Assembly: GCA_965240325.2 (NCBI GenBank)
Contig: OZ251249.1
Coordinates: 310,001 to 374,000, forward strand
Direction: 5' to 3'
Origin: Rebecca billardiae RCC1528
Lineage: Eukaryota > Protista > Haptophyta
Length of the DNA stretch: 64,000 nucleotides
Shown here one piece after another: positions 45,201 to 58,359 of this stretch. Numbering within the stretch: position 1 is the stretch's first letter; each line of letters starts with the position of its first letter. The notes under the pieces were generated by a model, which saw only the letters and a program-made list of their open reading frames with translations, did no database searches and was not told the origin of the DNA. Both the position numbers and the translations under genes were made by a program.

Positions 45201-47239
45201 GAATGGAATCCTCGCGGACGAGATGGGGCTGGGTGCGTGGCCGCGCGCGTGCGTGCGTGCGCGTGTGCGTGTGTGCGTGCGTGCGGGTGTGCGTGTGCGT
45301 GTGCGTGTGCGTGTGCGTGTGTGCGCGTGCGCGTGCGCGTGCGCGTGCGCGTGCGCGTGCGCGTGCGCGTGCGCGTGCGCGTGCGCGTGCGCGTGCGCGT
45401 GCGCGTGCGCGTGCGCGTGCGCGTGCGCGTGCGCGTGCGCGTGCGCGTGCGCGTGCGCGTGCGCGTGCGCGTGCGCGTGCGCGTGCGTGTGCGTGCGTGC
45501 GTGTGCGTGGGCGTGGGCGTGGGCGTGGGCGTGGGCGTGGGCGCGTGCGCGTGCGCGTGTGCGTGCGCGTGCGCGTGCGCGTGCGTGTGCGTGTGCGTGT
45601 GCGTGTGCGTGTGTGTGTGCGTGTGCGTGTGCGTGTGCGTGCGTGTGCGTGTGCGCGTGCGTGTGTGTGTGCGTGTGCGTGTGTGTGCGTGTGCGTGTGC
45701 GTGCGTGTAGGGTGTGTGTGCGCGTGTGCGCGCGTGTGTGCGTGTGCGCGCGCGCGCCTCCTCCCTCGCCCGCTCACGCCACCGCCTCCGCACCGCACCC
45801 ACCCGCCCCGCGCCCCGCGCGCACACCGCCCACACGCCCCCGACGTCCGCGCGCAGGCAAGACGATCATGACCATCTCGATGCTCGCGTGGCTCGCGGTC
45901 GAAAAAGGTATCTGGGGGCCGCACCTGATCGTCGTGCCGACAACCGTGATGCTCAACTGGGAGATGGAGGTGAAGAAGTTCGCGCCCGCGTTTAAGATCC
46001 TCACGTACTTCGGCTCGCTCAAGGAGCGCAAGGCGAAGCGGCAGGGCTGGTCGCGCACCAACGCCTTCCACATCTGCATCACGAGCTACAAGCTCGTCAT
46101 CCAGGACCAGGTGTGCGCGTGTGCGTGTGTGCGCGTGTGTGCGCGTGTGTGTGTGTGCGTGCGTGTGCGCGTGACCGGACCGGCGATGCGCGCACACGCA
46201 CGCACGCACACGCACACGCACGCACGCACGCACGCGCGCGCGCACGTGCTTACGCGCACGCACTTGCTTACGCGCGCGCGCGCGCGCCGCGGCAGGCGGC
46301 GTTCCGGCGGAAGCGGTGGAAGTACCTCATCCTCGACGAGGCGCACCACATCAAGAACTTCCGCTCGCAGCGCTGGCAGACTCTGCTCCACTTCAACTCG
46401 AAGCGGCGGCTGCTGCTGACTGGCACGCCGCTGCAGAACAACTTGATGGAGCTCTGGTCGCTGCTGCACTTTTTGATGCCGCACGTGTTCGAGTCGCACG
46501 CCGAGTTCAAGGAGTGGTTCTCCACGCCGGTGCGCGCGCGCGGCCGTGGGGGCGGCGGCGGCGGCGGCGGCGGCGGCGGCTCGCCGCGCGGGCACGGCGG
46601 AGCGCTGGCCCGGCGCGCGGCGGGCGGCGCGCACTCACGCGCCACGCGTCCGCGCGCTGCCCCTGTGTGCGGTGCGTGTGTGTGTGTGTGTGTGTGCCGC
46701 CCGTTGCGGCGGCGGCGCGCAGGTGACGGGGATGATCGAGGGGACGGAGGCGGTGAACCACGCGCTGATCGAGCGGCTCCACTCCATCCTCCGCCCATTC
46801 CTCCTCCGCCGCCTCAAGAAGGACGTCGAGAAATCGCTGCTGCCCAAGATCGAGCACGTCGTCGAGTGCGGTCTTTCCAAGCGGCAGCGGCTGCTGTATC
46901 ACGATTTCATGGCGTCGTCGGAGACGCGCGGCACGCTCAAGGGGGGCTCGTTCCTCGGGATGATGAACGTGCTGATGCAGCTGCGCAAGGTGTGCAACCA
47001 CCCGGACCTCTTCGAGGAGCGCCCGATCCTGCTCCCGCACGAGATGCGCCCGCTGGTCGTGCCCGCGGCAGGGCTGGCGCTGGGCGCCGCGAGCGTGCTC
47101 GGCGGCTGCGGCTTTGCGCGCGGCGCGGTGTTTGGGTGGCACGGCGCGGGGGGCAGCGCGCGCGCGCGCGCGGGCGCCGCCGCCGCGCCGCCGCCGCCGC
47201 GCGCGTCACACGCCGGCGGCGCCGCCGCCGCCTCGGCAA

Positions 47240-47305
<66 letters not shown>

Positions 47306-50300
47306 ACGCGCAGCAGCTCCCGCTGGGCGCGCGCGCGGGCGGGCTGCTGTGGCGGCTGTTCAACCTGGACCTGGCGGACGCGGAGGCGGAGGGGCTCGAC
47401 CCGCTCGACTGCCGCCGCGCCGCGGAGCTCGCGATGCCCGCCGACTGCGTCGCGCGCGGCGAGCCGCCGCCGCCGCGCGCGTCGCCGCCCGCGCCCGAGC
47501 CGCCGACCGCGCCGCCGCCGCCGCCGCCGCCGCTGCGCGACGGCAGCGGCGGCGGCGGCGGCTTTGGCGGCGGCGCGCTCGCGGCGGCGGGCGGCGCGCC
47601 GCCGGCGGCGCGCGCGGGCACGCCGCCGCCGCCGCACGCGCCGAGCGCGCCGCAGCCACCGCCGCAGCAGCCGCCGCAGCCGCCGCGCGCGCCGCCGCCG
47701 CCTCAGGGCTCATTCGGCGCGGCGCCGCGCCGCGCGGCCATGCTGTCTTTGCTCGCGGACACGACGACGGTGGCGCCGGCGCTGCTGCCGCCCGCGGCGG
47801 CGCAGGCGCAGACGCAGCCGCCGGCGCAGACGCAGCCGCAGACGCAGCACGCGCAGCAGCACGCGCAGCAGCCGGCCGCGCCGCCGACGCCGCCGGCCGC
47901 GGGCGGCTCGCGGCGCGCCGAGGCAGCGCCCGCCGCGGACGGCGCGGCCGACGGCGGCGGCGGGCGCGCGGCCGCGCCCGCGGCGGAGGCGGCGGCGGCG
48001 GCCGCCGCGGCGGACTCGCGGCTGGGCGAGCTGATCGGCGCGCGCGCCGCGCGCGAGCGCGCGTGGCGCGGCGCGCGCCGCGCGCACATGGGGGCTCTTT
48101 CGGAGCGGCGCTGCGCGCGCGCGCCGCTGCTTGGGTGGCGCGCGCGCGCGGCCGTGGCGGTGCCGCCGCGCGCCGCGCTGCTCGCGGCGTGCGCCGAGTA
48201 CGCCGACGCGTGCCGCGACGGGCGCAGCGCGCCCGACGCGCGCGAGGCCGGCTGCGCCGGCGCGCCGCCGCACGCCCGGCGCGCCGCACCGCCGCACCGA
48301 GCGCACCACCACGCGCGCGGCGGCGCGCGCGCGGCCGACGCTTCGGCCGCCGCCGAGGCGCCGGTGCTGGGCGCCGGGTTCGACTTCGAAGCTTTGGTCC
48401 GGCGCGACACTCGGCTGCAGCTGCTCTCGCTCGGGGCGCTCTTCAGCGCCGCGCCGGTCGAGCGCAGCGGCGGCGGCGGCGGCGGGGTGGTGGTGCCGCC
48501 GGCGGCGCCCGCCGCGGCGGCGCCGGGCTCTGAGGAGGCCGCGCCGGCCGCGCCGGCCGCGCCGGCCGCGCCGCCCGGCGCCGGCGCCGACGCCGACGCC
48601 GCTGACGACGAGGCGGCGGCGGGCGCGGCCGACGGCGCGCCGGCGTCGTCGCCCGCCGCGCCCGGCGCCGCGCCGCCGCCGCCCGTGCCCAACGCGCCCG
48701 AAGGCGCGCTGCACGCGCACGCGGCGCCGAGCGCACGCGCCGCGCCGCTGGCCACTGACGAGTGGCTTGGGTTTGCGCCGCCGCTGGTGAGCGGGCTGCG
48801 CGGCCGGCTGCGCGCGCTGCCGCACGTGGTGGCGCACTACACGGCGATCACGCGGCAGGCGTCGGCGCGGCCCGCGGTGCTCTGCGCCTCGCGCACGCCC
48901 GCGGGCGAGGCGGGCGCGGCCGCGGCCCGCGAGTCGCTCGCGCGCGCCGCCGCCGCCGGCCGCACCGCGCTCGCGCTCCGGCCGTTACAGCTTCGTCAAC
49001 AGGTGTTCTTCCCGGACAAGCGGCTGATGCAGTGGGACTGCGGCAAGCTGCAGGCGCTCTCGGGGCTGCTGCGCACGCTGCACGCCGAGGGCCACCGCTG
49101 CCTCATCTTCACGCAGATGGTGCGGGGCGCGCGCGGCGCGGGTCGCGGCCGCGGTCGGCGCGGAGGCGGTGCCGGGCCGCCGCGCCGCGCGCGCGCCCAA
49201 GCTGTGCGCACTCCGGCCTTGCCGCCCGGCCCCGGCGCGGCCCGCGCCCGCCCTCGCGCGTGCGCGCCGCCGCTCCGCGCCCTCCAACCCTAACCCTACC
49301 CGCACCCCTAACCCTACCCCTACCCCTATATACCGCGCAGACGCGCATGCTGGACGTGCTCGAGGCGTGGATCAACATCGCGGGCTACACCTACCTGCGC
49401 CTCGACGGCTCCACCCGGGTGCGCGGCACCCTAGCCCCAAACCCACCCTCACCCTAGCCCGAACCCGCGTGGAGCTCCACGCGGCCGGCCGCGCGGCACG
49501 CGCCGCGCGCGGGCGCAGGCGCGCAGCACCACGCACACGCGGCCGCGCGGCGCGCGCGCGCGCGCGGTGCGCATCGCGGGCACGGGGCGGCGACTGGGCG
49601 GCGCGGGTGTGCCGGGGCGGCCGGCCGCGCACCCGCCGGACGGCGCCCGCCGCGCCGCGCTCACGCTTCGCCTCGCGCCCCTGGCGCGCGGCGCCGCCCC
49701 TCGCGCCACCGCCGCCGCCTTCGCCCCGCGCGCGCTCGCGGCGCCGCAGGTGGAGGACCGACAGCGGCTGATGGACCGTTTCAACCTCTCGCCCAAAATC
49801 TTTATCTTCATCCTCTCGACGCGCTCCGCCGGGCTCGGCATTAACCTGATCGGCGCGGACACGGTGATTTTCTACGACTCGGATTGGAACCCGACGATCG
49901 ACCTGCAGGCGCAGGACCGCGCGCACCGGATCGGGCAGACACGCCAGGTGCACATCTACCGCCTCGTATCCACGGCCACCGTCGAGGAGAACATTCTCAA
50001 GAAGGCGACGCAGAAGCAGCTGCTCGACTCAGTCGTCATCCAGGCGGGCGGCTTCACCACCGACTTCTTCAAGCGGGTGAACCTCTCGGAGCTGCTCGGG
50101 GCGGAGGCGGCGGCGGCGGGCGGCGGCGCGGAGGAGGAGGAGGAGGGCGCGGCGGCGCCAGCGGAGGAGGCGGCGGAGGGCGCGGGCGCGCCCGGCGCGG
50201 CCGAGCGCGCGGCGGGCGCGCCCGCGGCCGCCGCCGGCGCGCCGCCGCCATCCGCGCCGGGCGGCGGCGGCGCGGGTGGCGAGGAGGAGGGCGCGGACGA

Positions 50301-51208
50301 GGCGGCGCTGATGCTGGACGAGGAGGACCGGCGGGAGGCGGAGGCGGCGCGCAGATACGCCGCGGAGGAGGAGGTGCGTGTGCGCGCGTGTGTGTCTGCG
50401 CGTGCGCGGTGTGCGTTCGTGTGCGCGTGGCGCGCATTGCGTGTGCCCCTGTGTGTGTGTGCCACGCGCGGCGCTGGCGCTGAGGAAGCAAACACTCTAT
50501 AGGTTAAGGCAACCGAGTCGCCCCTCCGGGGGCGAGGTGCGGACAACCGACTGTTTCAGCCCATCTGAGCCAACGCCGCGCGCAGGCACCGGGCACCGCA
50601 CGCCGTGCGCACGCGCGTGTGTCCGCCTGCCCACGCGCGCCCGCTGCCTGCCTGCCCGCGCCCGTCTAACCCTAACCCACCCTCACCCGAACCCTACCCC
50701 TCAACGCAGGCGGAGTTTGACGAGACCATGCCGCTGCAGGCCGCGGACGGCGCCGACGGCGCGCCGCCGGGCGGCGCCGAGGGCGGCGGCGGCGCGCGGC
50801 CCCCGGGCCGCTCGGCGGACGGCGGCGGCGGCGCCGAGCCCGGCGGCGCCGACGGCGGCGCGCCGCTCGTGCCGCTCGCGCGCGAGGACTCGGCGCTGCT
50901 CGCAGAGATGGGCGTGGCGGACCCGACGGCCGCGGTGCCGGGCGGCGAGGGCGGCGGCGGCGGGATGGGCGGCAGCGCGGAGGAGGTGGAGGCCATGCTG
51001 ACGCCAGTGCAGCGGTGCGCGCGTCCGCGCGCGCACCGTGGCGTTGCGGGCGGCGGTGCCAAGCGCCGTGCAGCCGGGCCGCGCGCGCACGCACGCCGTG
51101 GCGGCGTCGCGTGCGCGCGCGGCCCCAACCGCATACACTCACCCTCGCCCTCCCCTGCACACGCACGCACACACACACACGCGCACACGCACACGCACAC
51201 ACACACAC

Positions 51209-51275
<67 letters not shown>

Positions 51276-52002
51276 CACACGCACACGCACACACACACGC
51301 AGGTACGCGCTGCGCTTCCTGGAGGAGGTGGCGCGCGTGGTTGAGGACCAGGGCTCTGTGGAAGAGGCGCTGGACGTGCAGCACGAGGCGTGGGAGCTCG
51401 AGCAGCTGCAGCGGATCAAGGTGTGCCACCCGCGCACACCGCGCGTGCACGCGCGCGGGTGTGCTCGTAGGCTGTGTGGGCATGCGGGTGTGCATGCACG
51501 CATGCGGCTGTGCTGTGTGCGCGCGTGTGTGTGCGTGCGTGTGTGTGCGTGTGCGCGCATGTGTACGCACGTGCGCGCGCGCGCGCGTGTGTGTGTGCGT
51601 GCGTGCGTAGGGGCCGCCTAGGCACGCGCGCCCCTCGCGCACGGACTGCCACGCCGCGCCCTTGCAACGACCCCCGCTCCCCATCGCAACGCACGCATGC
51701 CACACCCCACGGCACGACACACCCTCATTCTCGCACGCACGCACACGCACACACACGCACACACACGCACACACACACGCACACGCACGCACGCACACAC
51801 GCACGCACACACACACACACGCACACACACACGCATACGCACGCACGCACACGCACGCACGCACACGCACGCACGCACACGCACACGCACGCACGCACAC
51901 ACGCGCACACACACGCGCGCACACACGCGCACGCGCGCCCGCAGGAGACGGAGGAGGCGCGCGCAGACGAGGACGACGAGGTGTTCTTCACGGAGGTCGC
52001 GC

Positions 52003-52034
<32 letters not shown>

Positions 52035-55000
52035 TCGGACGAGGAGGGCGACGACGCGTACGACCCTTCGCTCCACACGATCCACTACCTGCTGCAGCAG
52101 AACCAGCGCGGCCTCGAGTCCACCGCCGAGTTGGAGCGTCTCGAGCTGCAGCTGCTCGGGCACACCGGTGCGGCGCCGGACCGCCGCGGCCGCGCGCGCG
52201 CTCGCGCCTGCGGCGGCTGCGGCGGTGGGTTGGGGGGAGGGCGTGGCGCAGCGCTGCGGCATTGGCAGCTGCGCCTGCCGCGGCGCGGCACGCGCGCGCG
52301 GCGCGGCCGCGCGCGCGCGGGGCTGCGCCCGCGGCGCGCGTGCGTGCACGCCGCCGGCCGCGTGGCCGGCGCGCGCGCGGGCGCGCAGCTGACGCGCGTG
52401 CGCCGCGCCGCGCCGCCGCGCCGCCGCGCCGCCGCGCCGCCGCGCCGCCGCGCAGGCGTGCACGACGCCGACGCCGACGCGGCGGGCGAGGAGGAGGAGG
52501 GCGAGGGCGGCGGCTGGGCGCACCGGCGCAAGCCGCCGCGCGGTTCAAAAGGCGGCGGCGCGCGGCGCGGCGGCGCCAAGGGCGGCCAGCGCTCCGTCGC
52601 CTTTGCCGACGGCGGCGACGGCGGCGGCGGCGCGGACGCGGCGGACGACGACGGCGGCTCGGAGGGCGGCGCGGACGGCGGCGGCGCGTGGACGGACGAC
52701 GGCGCCGACGCGGACGCCGACGACACTGGGGCAGGCACAGATGGTGAGCGTACCGACACTGAGCGCGACGGTGGCGGCGCCGACGGCGGCGCCGACGGCG
52801 GCGGCGGGCGCGGCGCCAAGCGCAGCGCGGCGCAGCCCAACGGCGGCGGCGCGCGCGGCGGCGCGCGCGCCGAGCGCCACCGCGCCGCCGCCGGCCTGGG
52901 CGGCGGCTCCGAGTCGGAGGACGAGGAGGAGGCGGGGCAGCGCGTGCGCTTCAGCGGGCGCTCGGGCCGGCCTGTGAAGCCGCGCCGGAGGCTGGAGGAG
53001 GAACGGGTGCGCGCGCACGCCCTAACCCTAACCCTAACCCTAACCCTAACCCTAACCGCTCACCGCGCCACCGCAATGCACCGCACCGCACCGCTGTGCA
53101 CGCCACACCGCGCCGCGCCGCGGCGCTGTGCACACCACACCACACACCACCGCCGCTGTCTGTGCACACCGCCGCTGCGCACTGCACACTGCGCCGCACC
53201 GCGCCGCGCCGCGCCCGCCGGCGCGCGCCACTCGGCGGCTAGCACAGCGCGCGCGCCGTGCGCTATGCTGAACTCGCCGCCACCCGCGCCGCCACCCGCC
53301 GCGCGCGCGCGCGCGCGCGCAGCTCGCGGGCGGCGGTGGGCTCATGTCGCGCAAGCACCTGAAGGGCGCTGGTGCGAAGGGCGGCGGCGGCGGCGGCGCG
53401 CCGCTCGGCGGCGGCGGCAAGCGCCGCCGCGCCGACGCCGGCCTCGACGACGACTTTGAGGACGACGCGGACGCGGCGGGCGGCGGCGGCGCGCTCGGCG
53501 CCGCCGGCCCCGGCCGCGGGCTCTTCGTGCGGCGCTCGGAGGCGAGCCTCAGCGCCGCGCGCAAGGCGGCCCTCGCCAACGCGCGCCCCGCGCGCACGCC
53601 CTTCAGCGCGCAGGAGGAGGGGGTCTTGCGGCAGCACGTCGACGTGAGCGCGCGCGCGCCGCGCGCGCCCGCGCGTGCTTGCTCACGCGCGTGCGCCCGC
53701 GTGCGCGGCCGTGCGCCCTCGGGCCGAACGGATTGCACTGCTACATGAGCTTGCTCACCCGAGCGCTGCTCGCTCTCCCGGGCTCACCCGCGTGCGCCCG
53801 CGTGCGCGGCCGTGCGCCCCTCGCGCGCACGCGCGCGCACGCGCGCGCCGAGCTGACGCGCCGGCGTCACCGCGACGCCACCGCTCCGCGTCCGCGCGCG
53901 CGGCCGCGCAGGCGTGGGGCGCGCACTCGTGGAGCCTGGCGGCGCACTCGCTCGTGCACGAGTCGGGCGTCGCGCGCGCGCCGCGCACGCCGATGCAGTG
54001 CGAAGTCGCGTGGCACACACGCACGCAGCGCGAGGGGGGCGGCGGGGGCGGCGGCGGCGGCGGCTCGGTACAGGGCTGGGCGTGCGACGAGGGCGGGCGC
54101 GCGCGCTCGGCCGATGCGTACCTCTCGCACGCGAGCCACGCGCCGCCGCCGCAGCCGTGCGCGTCCACGCTCGCCGCCGCCGCGGCCGCGAGCGCCGCCG
54201 CGCACGCCGGCCGCGCGGGCGGCCCCGAGCGGCGCTCCGCGACCGCGGCCGCCGCGGCCGCGGCCGCGGCCGCGGCGGGCGAGGGCGGCGGGCGCGGGCG
54301 CGGCGCGGGCGCGGCCGCGCCGAGGCCGCCTGCCAAGCTCGAGAAGCTCTGCCGCACACACGCGCACCTCATCAGCTCGCGCGAGGCGGAGGTGGCCGCC
54401 GCGCTCGCCGAGGGCTTCAAGAAGTTGAGACTGCCGACCGCGGCGCGCGCGGGCGCGGCGGCCGCGCGCGGCGGCGCGGGCGGCGGGGGCGCTGAGGGCG
54501 CCGGTGGCTCGGCCGAGGGCGCGCCCGCCGCGCCCACGCCCGCGCCCACGCCGCGCACGCCGCGCACGCCGCCCGCGCCGCCCGCCGAGGCCGCCGCCGT
54601 CGCCGCCTCGCCGCGCGAGGCGGCGCGGCTCCTCATGCGCGCCTCGCCCGCCGCCACGCCCGCCGCCATTGCACTGTGTGAGATGGTGGCGCGCGCGCTC
54701 CGCGCGGCCGAGGGCGGCGCCGGCGCCGGCGCCGGCTCGGAGGCGGAGGCTGAGCCGCTGCCCGCGCCCTCCGCCCTCGCCGCCGTCGAGACCGTCGCCT
54801 CCGGCGCGCAGGTGCCCGCGGGCTGCGCCGCGGCGCTGTGCGGCGCGCTCGCACCGCCGCAGCCCGGCCGCACGCTGCCGCGCGTGCTCCAGCTGGGCCT
54901 GGGCGAGCCGCCGGTGGTCTCGGTGCTGGCGGCGGCGCGTTGGCTGTACGGCGCGGGGGCGCCGACGCCGCGCGCCGAGGCGCCGCCCTCGCCGATGCGT

Positions 55001-56051
55001 GTCGACGCGGACGGACGCGACGGCGGCGAGGAGGAGGCGGCGGAGGAGGGCGGCGGCGACGACTGGACGCTCGCAGTGCCGCCGTCGCCGACGGCGGAGG
55101 GCGCGCCAGCGGCGGGCGCGCCGCCGGCGCCGCCCTCGCCCACGTTCCGCACCTCCGCGCACGGCGTGTGCGCCGCGCCGCGCGCCGCCGTGCTGCGCGC
55201 CGCGGCGCTCTCGGCCGCGCCCGCCTCCGAGCTCTACGCGCCGCCGCCGCCAGGCAGCGCGCTCCCCGAACCCTCGTCGGGCGGCGGCGGGCTTGGCGGG
55301 CTCGGCGGCTTCAGCGGCGCAGACTGCGAGCTGCTCGGCGTGCTCGGCCTCGCCGAGGGCCTCGCGGGCGCGCAGGCGGCGGTGGCGGCGCGCGGCGCGG
55401 CCGGCGCGACGCTGGCCGCGGCGGTGCCGCCGACCGCCGCCGCGCCGCCGAAGCGCGCCGCCGCCGCCGCCGGCGGCGCGGGCGAGCACGCCGCGCATGG
55501 CTGCGCGGGCGGCGCCGCGGCCGTGCTGCCGCCGCCGCCGCTGCCGCCCGCCGCCCTCGAGCCGATCGTCCGGCTCAACTCGTTCGCCCGCGAGTTCACC
55601 CTTGGCCCCGGCTCGGGCGGCGGCGGCGGGCTCGGCGCGGCCGAGGGCGGCGGCGGCGGCGGCGGCGGCGGCGGCAAGGGCGGCGGCGGCAAGGGCGGCG
55701 CGCGCAAGGGCGGCGGCGGCGGCGGCGGCGGCGGGCGCGCCGCCACCGACGCGGCCGGCGCGCCGCACAAGCCGCCCGCGCACGCCAGGCGGCCGGGCGG
55801 TGGCGGCGGCACCGCCGACGCGGCGGGCGGCGGCGGCGCGGACGGCGCGGCCGCCGCCGCCGCCGCGGGCAAGGCGGCCGCGCGGCCCAAGGCGGCGGGC
55901 GGCGGCGCGGACGGCGGCGCGGCCGCGGCCGCCGCCCTTGTCGCCGCCGCCGCAGCGGACGGCCCCGCCGCCACCGCGCGCGGCGGCGGGCGCGGCGGTG
56001 GCGGCGGCGGCGGGCGCGGCGGGCGCGGCGGTGGGCGCGGCGGCGCCAAGC

Positions 56052-56083
<32 letters not shown>

Positions 56084-57604
56084 TCGCCCGCCGCCGCGCC
56101 GCCCGCGCTCCTCAACGGCGGCGCCGGCACGTTTGGCGCAGGCGCTGAGCTTGGTGACCCGACCGCGCCGCCGGGCGCGCACCAACACCTCACCGCCGCC
56201 GACGCGTTCGAGCTGCTCGGCGTCTCGCCGCCGGACGACATGGCGGGCTCGGGCGAGCTCGCGGCGCACGCGGCGCCGAGGCGCGCCGCACCGCCGGCCG
56301 CCGCCGACGCCGCCGACGCCGCCGCGCCGGCCGAGGCGGACGCGCCGCTGGCGGAGGAGGGCGCGGGCGCGCCGGCGGACGCGGCGGCGGCGGACGGCGG
56401 CGCGGCCGAGCTGGCGGGCGCGCGCGGCCGCGGCGGCGGGCGGCGCGGCCGCGGCGCGAGCGGCGGCGGGCGTGGTCGCGCTGCCTCGGGCCGCGCGACG
56501 CGCGCGGCCGCGGGCGCCACGCCGCCGCCCACGCCGCCCGCGCAGTCTGCGCCCACACGCGACGGCGCGCGCGGCGGCGGCGGGCGCGGCGCGCGCTCGC
56601 CCTCGCGGCGCGGCGCGCGAGACGCCGCGCCGCCAGCCGGCGCAGCCGCCGCCGCGGACGGCGAGGACGAGGGCCGCGAGGTCCGCGCCTTGTCGCCCGC
56701 CGCGCCGCCGCCGCGCCGCGTCTGCGCCTCCTCGCAGCGATTCCCGACGTCGGCCGGCGGGGCCGGGCCGGCGGCGCACTCACCGCAGCGGCGCGGCGCC
56801 CACCAGCGCGGCGGCACGCCGATGCGCGGTGGCCCGCCCACGCCGCTCGGCGGGGGCTCGCCGCAGCTCGCGCCCGCGCCCACGCCGCTGTCGCCGCCGC
56901 CGCCGCCGTCGCAGCAGCAGCAGCAGCCCTCGCCGCAGCGCGCTGTTCACTACATTGCCGCGCCATCGCAACCGTACAGGGGACCGCCGCCGCACCAGCA
57001 GACAGTCTACGCCGCCCACCCGGGGCCGCAGCAGCCGCACGCGTACATGCAGCAGCAGCCGCCGCCGCAGCCCGGGCCGCCGCCGCCGCCGCAGCAGCAG
57101 CCGCCGCACTGCGGCGCGCCGCACCACGGCGCATACGCGCAGTGCGCGCCGCCGCCCGGCGCGCCACCCGGCGGTTATTACGCGCAGGCGCCGCCGCCGC
57201 CCCAAGGGCTCGTGTACGCGGCCGAGCCGCCGCAGCAGCCGCAGTACGCGGGCGGCATCGTGGCGCACCAGCATGGCTGCCACCACCACGCGCCGCCGCC
57301 CGGCGGGTACGGGTATGGCGCGCAGCCGGCGCAGCCGCCGCCGCCGCAGGGCGCGTGCTACGCGATGGCCGCGCAGCCGCAGCCCGTGATGCAGATGATG
57401 GCGTGCGCCACCTCGCAGCCGCAGCCCATGCACCACGCGCACACCGCACACGCGTACCAGCAGCAGCAGCCGTGCACCGCCGGCGGCGCCGTGTACGCGG
57501 CCGCGGCGTACGCGCCCGCGCCGCCCGGCGGGGCGTACGGCGGCGCGCCCGCCTACCCTGGCGCCGAGTACGGTGCGCCGCAGCCGGGCCAACCGCCGCG
57601 CTGA
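42229..57604 (+). CDS. SWR1: SWR1/PIE1/SRCAP-family chromatin-remodelling ATPase (HSA, split SNF2 ATPase, SANT)
   Basis: 15 proposed exons: 42229-42302, 42505-43521, 43673-44867, 45046-45232, 45857-46110, 46296-46529, 46723-49119, 49341-49418, 49750-50373, 50710-51014, 51303-51420, 51945-52167, 52456-53006, 53323-53643, 53912-57604. HSA ([19 protein letters not shown]), [64 protein letters not shown], and SANT (PFSAQEE...W...RTPMQC). Confidence 0.95.
45233..45760. repeat. Intronic (GCGTGC)n/(GT)n compound microsatellite
   Basis: Perfect GCGTGC run of ~160 bp at ~45324-45486 within SWR1 intron 4. Confidence 0.95.
51160..51935. repeat. Intronic (CA)n/(CACG)n and (GT)n microsatellites
   Basis: CA-rich tracts at 51160-51300 and 51730-51935; GT-rich tract at ~51500-51610. 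Confidence 0.9.
53020..53057. repeat. Interstitial telomere-like (CCCTAA)6 in intron
   Basis: Six CCCTAA units directly after the donor at 53007. Confidence 0.9.
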
Positions 57605-58359
57605 CCGGGCCGCGTCAGGCACCGGGGCTGATGATGCTCGGTCCGGTCGCACGCGCGGAGTCCGTGTGAGGCATATCATGGCATATCATATATATCTATG
57701 TCAGCAGCGCATATCCGCCGGTCGCCGTCATATCCGCCGACGATGATGATCGCGTAGCCGTCCGCGATCACGCGCACGGCCGGGCCGGGACCGCGACGCG
57801 AGTGTGATACCGCGCCGGCCCGATAGGCGATACGGGCGGGGCAGCAGTCCGCGGAGATTAGTACTGCGTAGCGGTCCGCGGGTTCGGCGACGGTCGCCAC
57901 TTGATATATATATGTCGTCGTCGTGAGCGTCGATCGTAGTACGAGTACTACGCGGTCAGACTCGTCACACTCACTCAGAGTGCCAGTGCGGGCGAGCTGA
58001 GCAGTCGTCGTGTAGTATATAGCATCAGTGATGAGTAGCGCAGTAGATAGAGTGTCCGGTGAGTCGCCGGACTCTCCGGCCTCTGGGAGTGGGCGGGACG
58101 GTCCGCGGCGCTGCCGCGGCGCGGCTCCGGCGCGCGTTCACGTACGGTAGTGATCGTCATCCGATGATCATCGTCGTCGTCGTCAATAAGGCGCAGCAGT
58201 GACGATGATGATGCTGCTGATATGCGCTAGCTGACGAGTGATGTACCTATAGGCTGATCGATGATGTGACTCATGTGACGCGGACGTGACTCGCCGCGGC
58301 GCGCGCTGCCGCTGGCTACGCGCTGGCCGAGCGGCGGCCTGACGACTCTTCCGACCTCA

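Noticed and set aside
45128-45871. Poly-(CA)/(RT)/(HT) dipeptide-repeat proteins in the ORF track
   Set aside because: They are translations of intronic microsatellites within SWR1.
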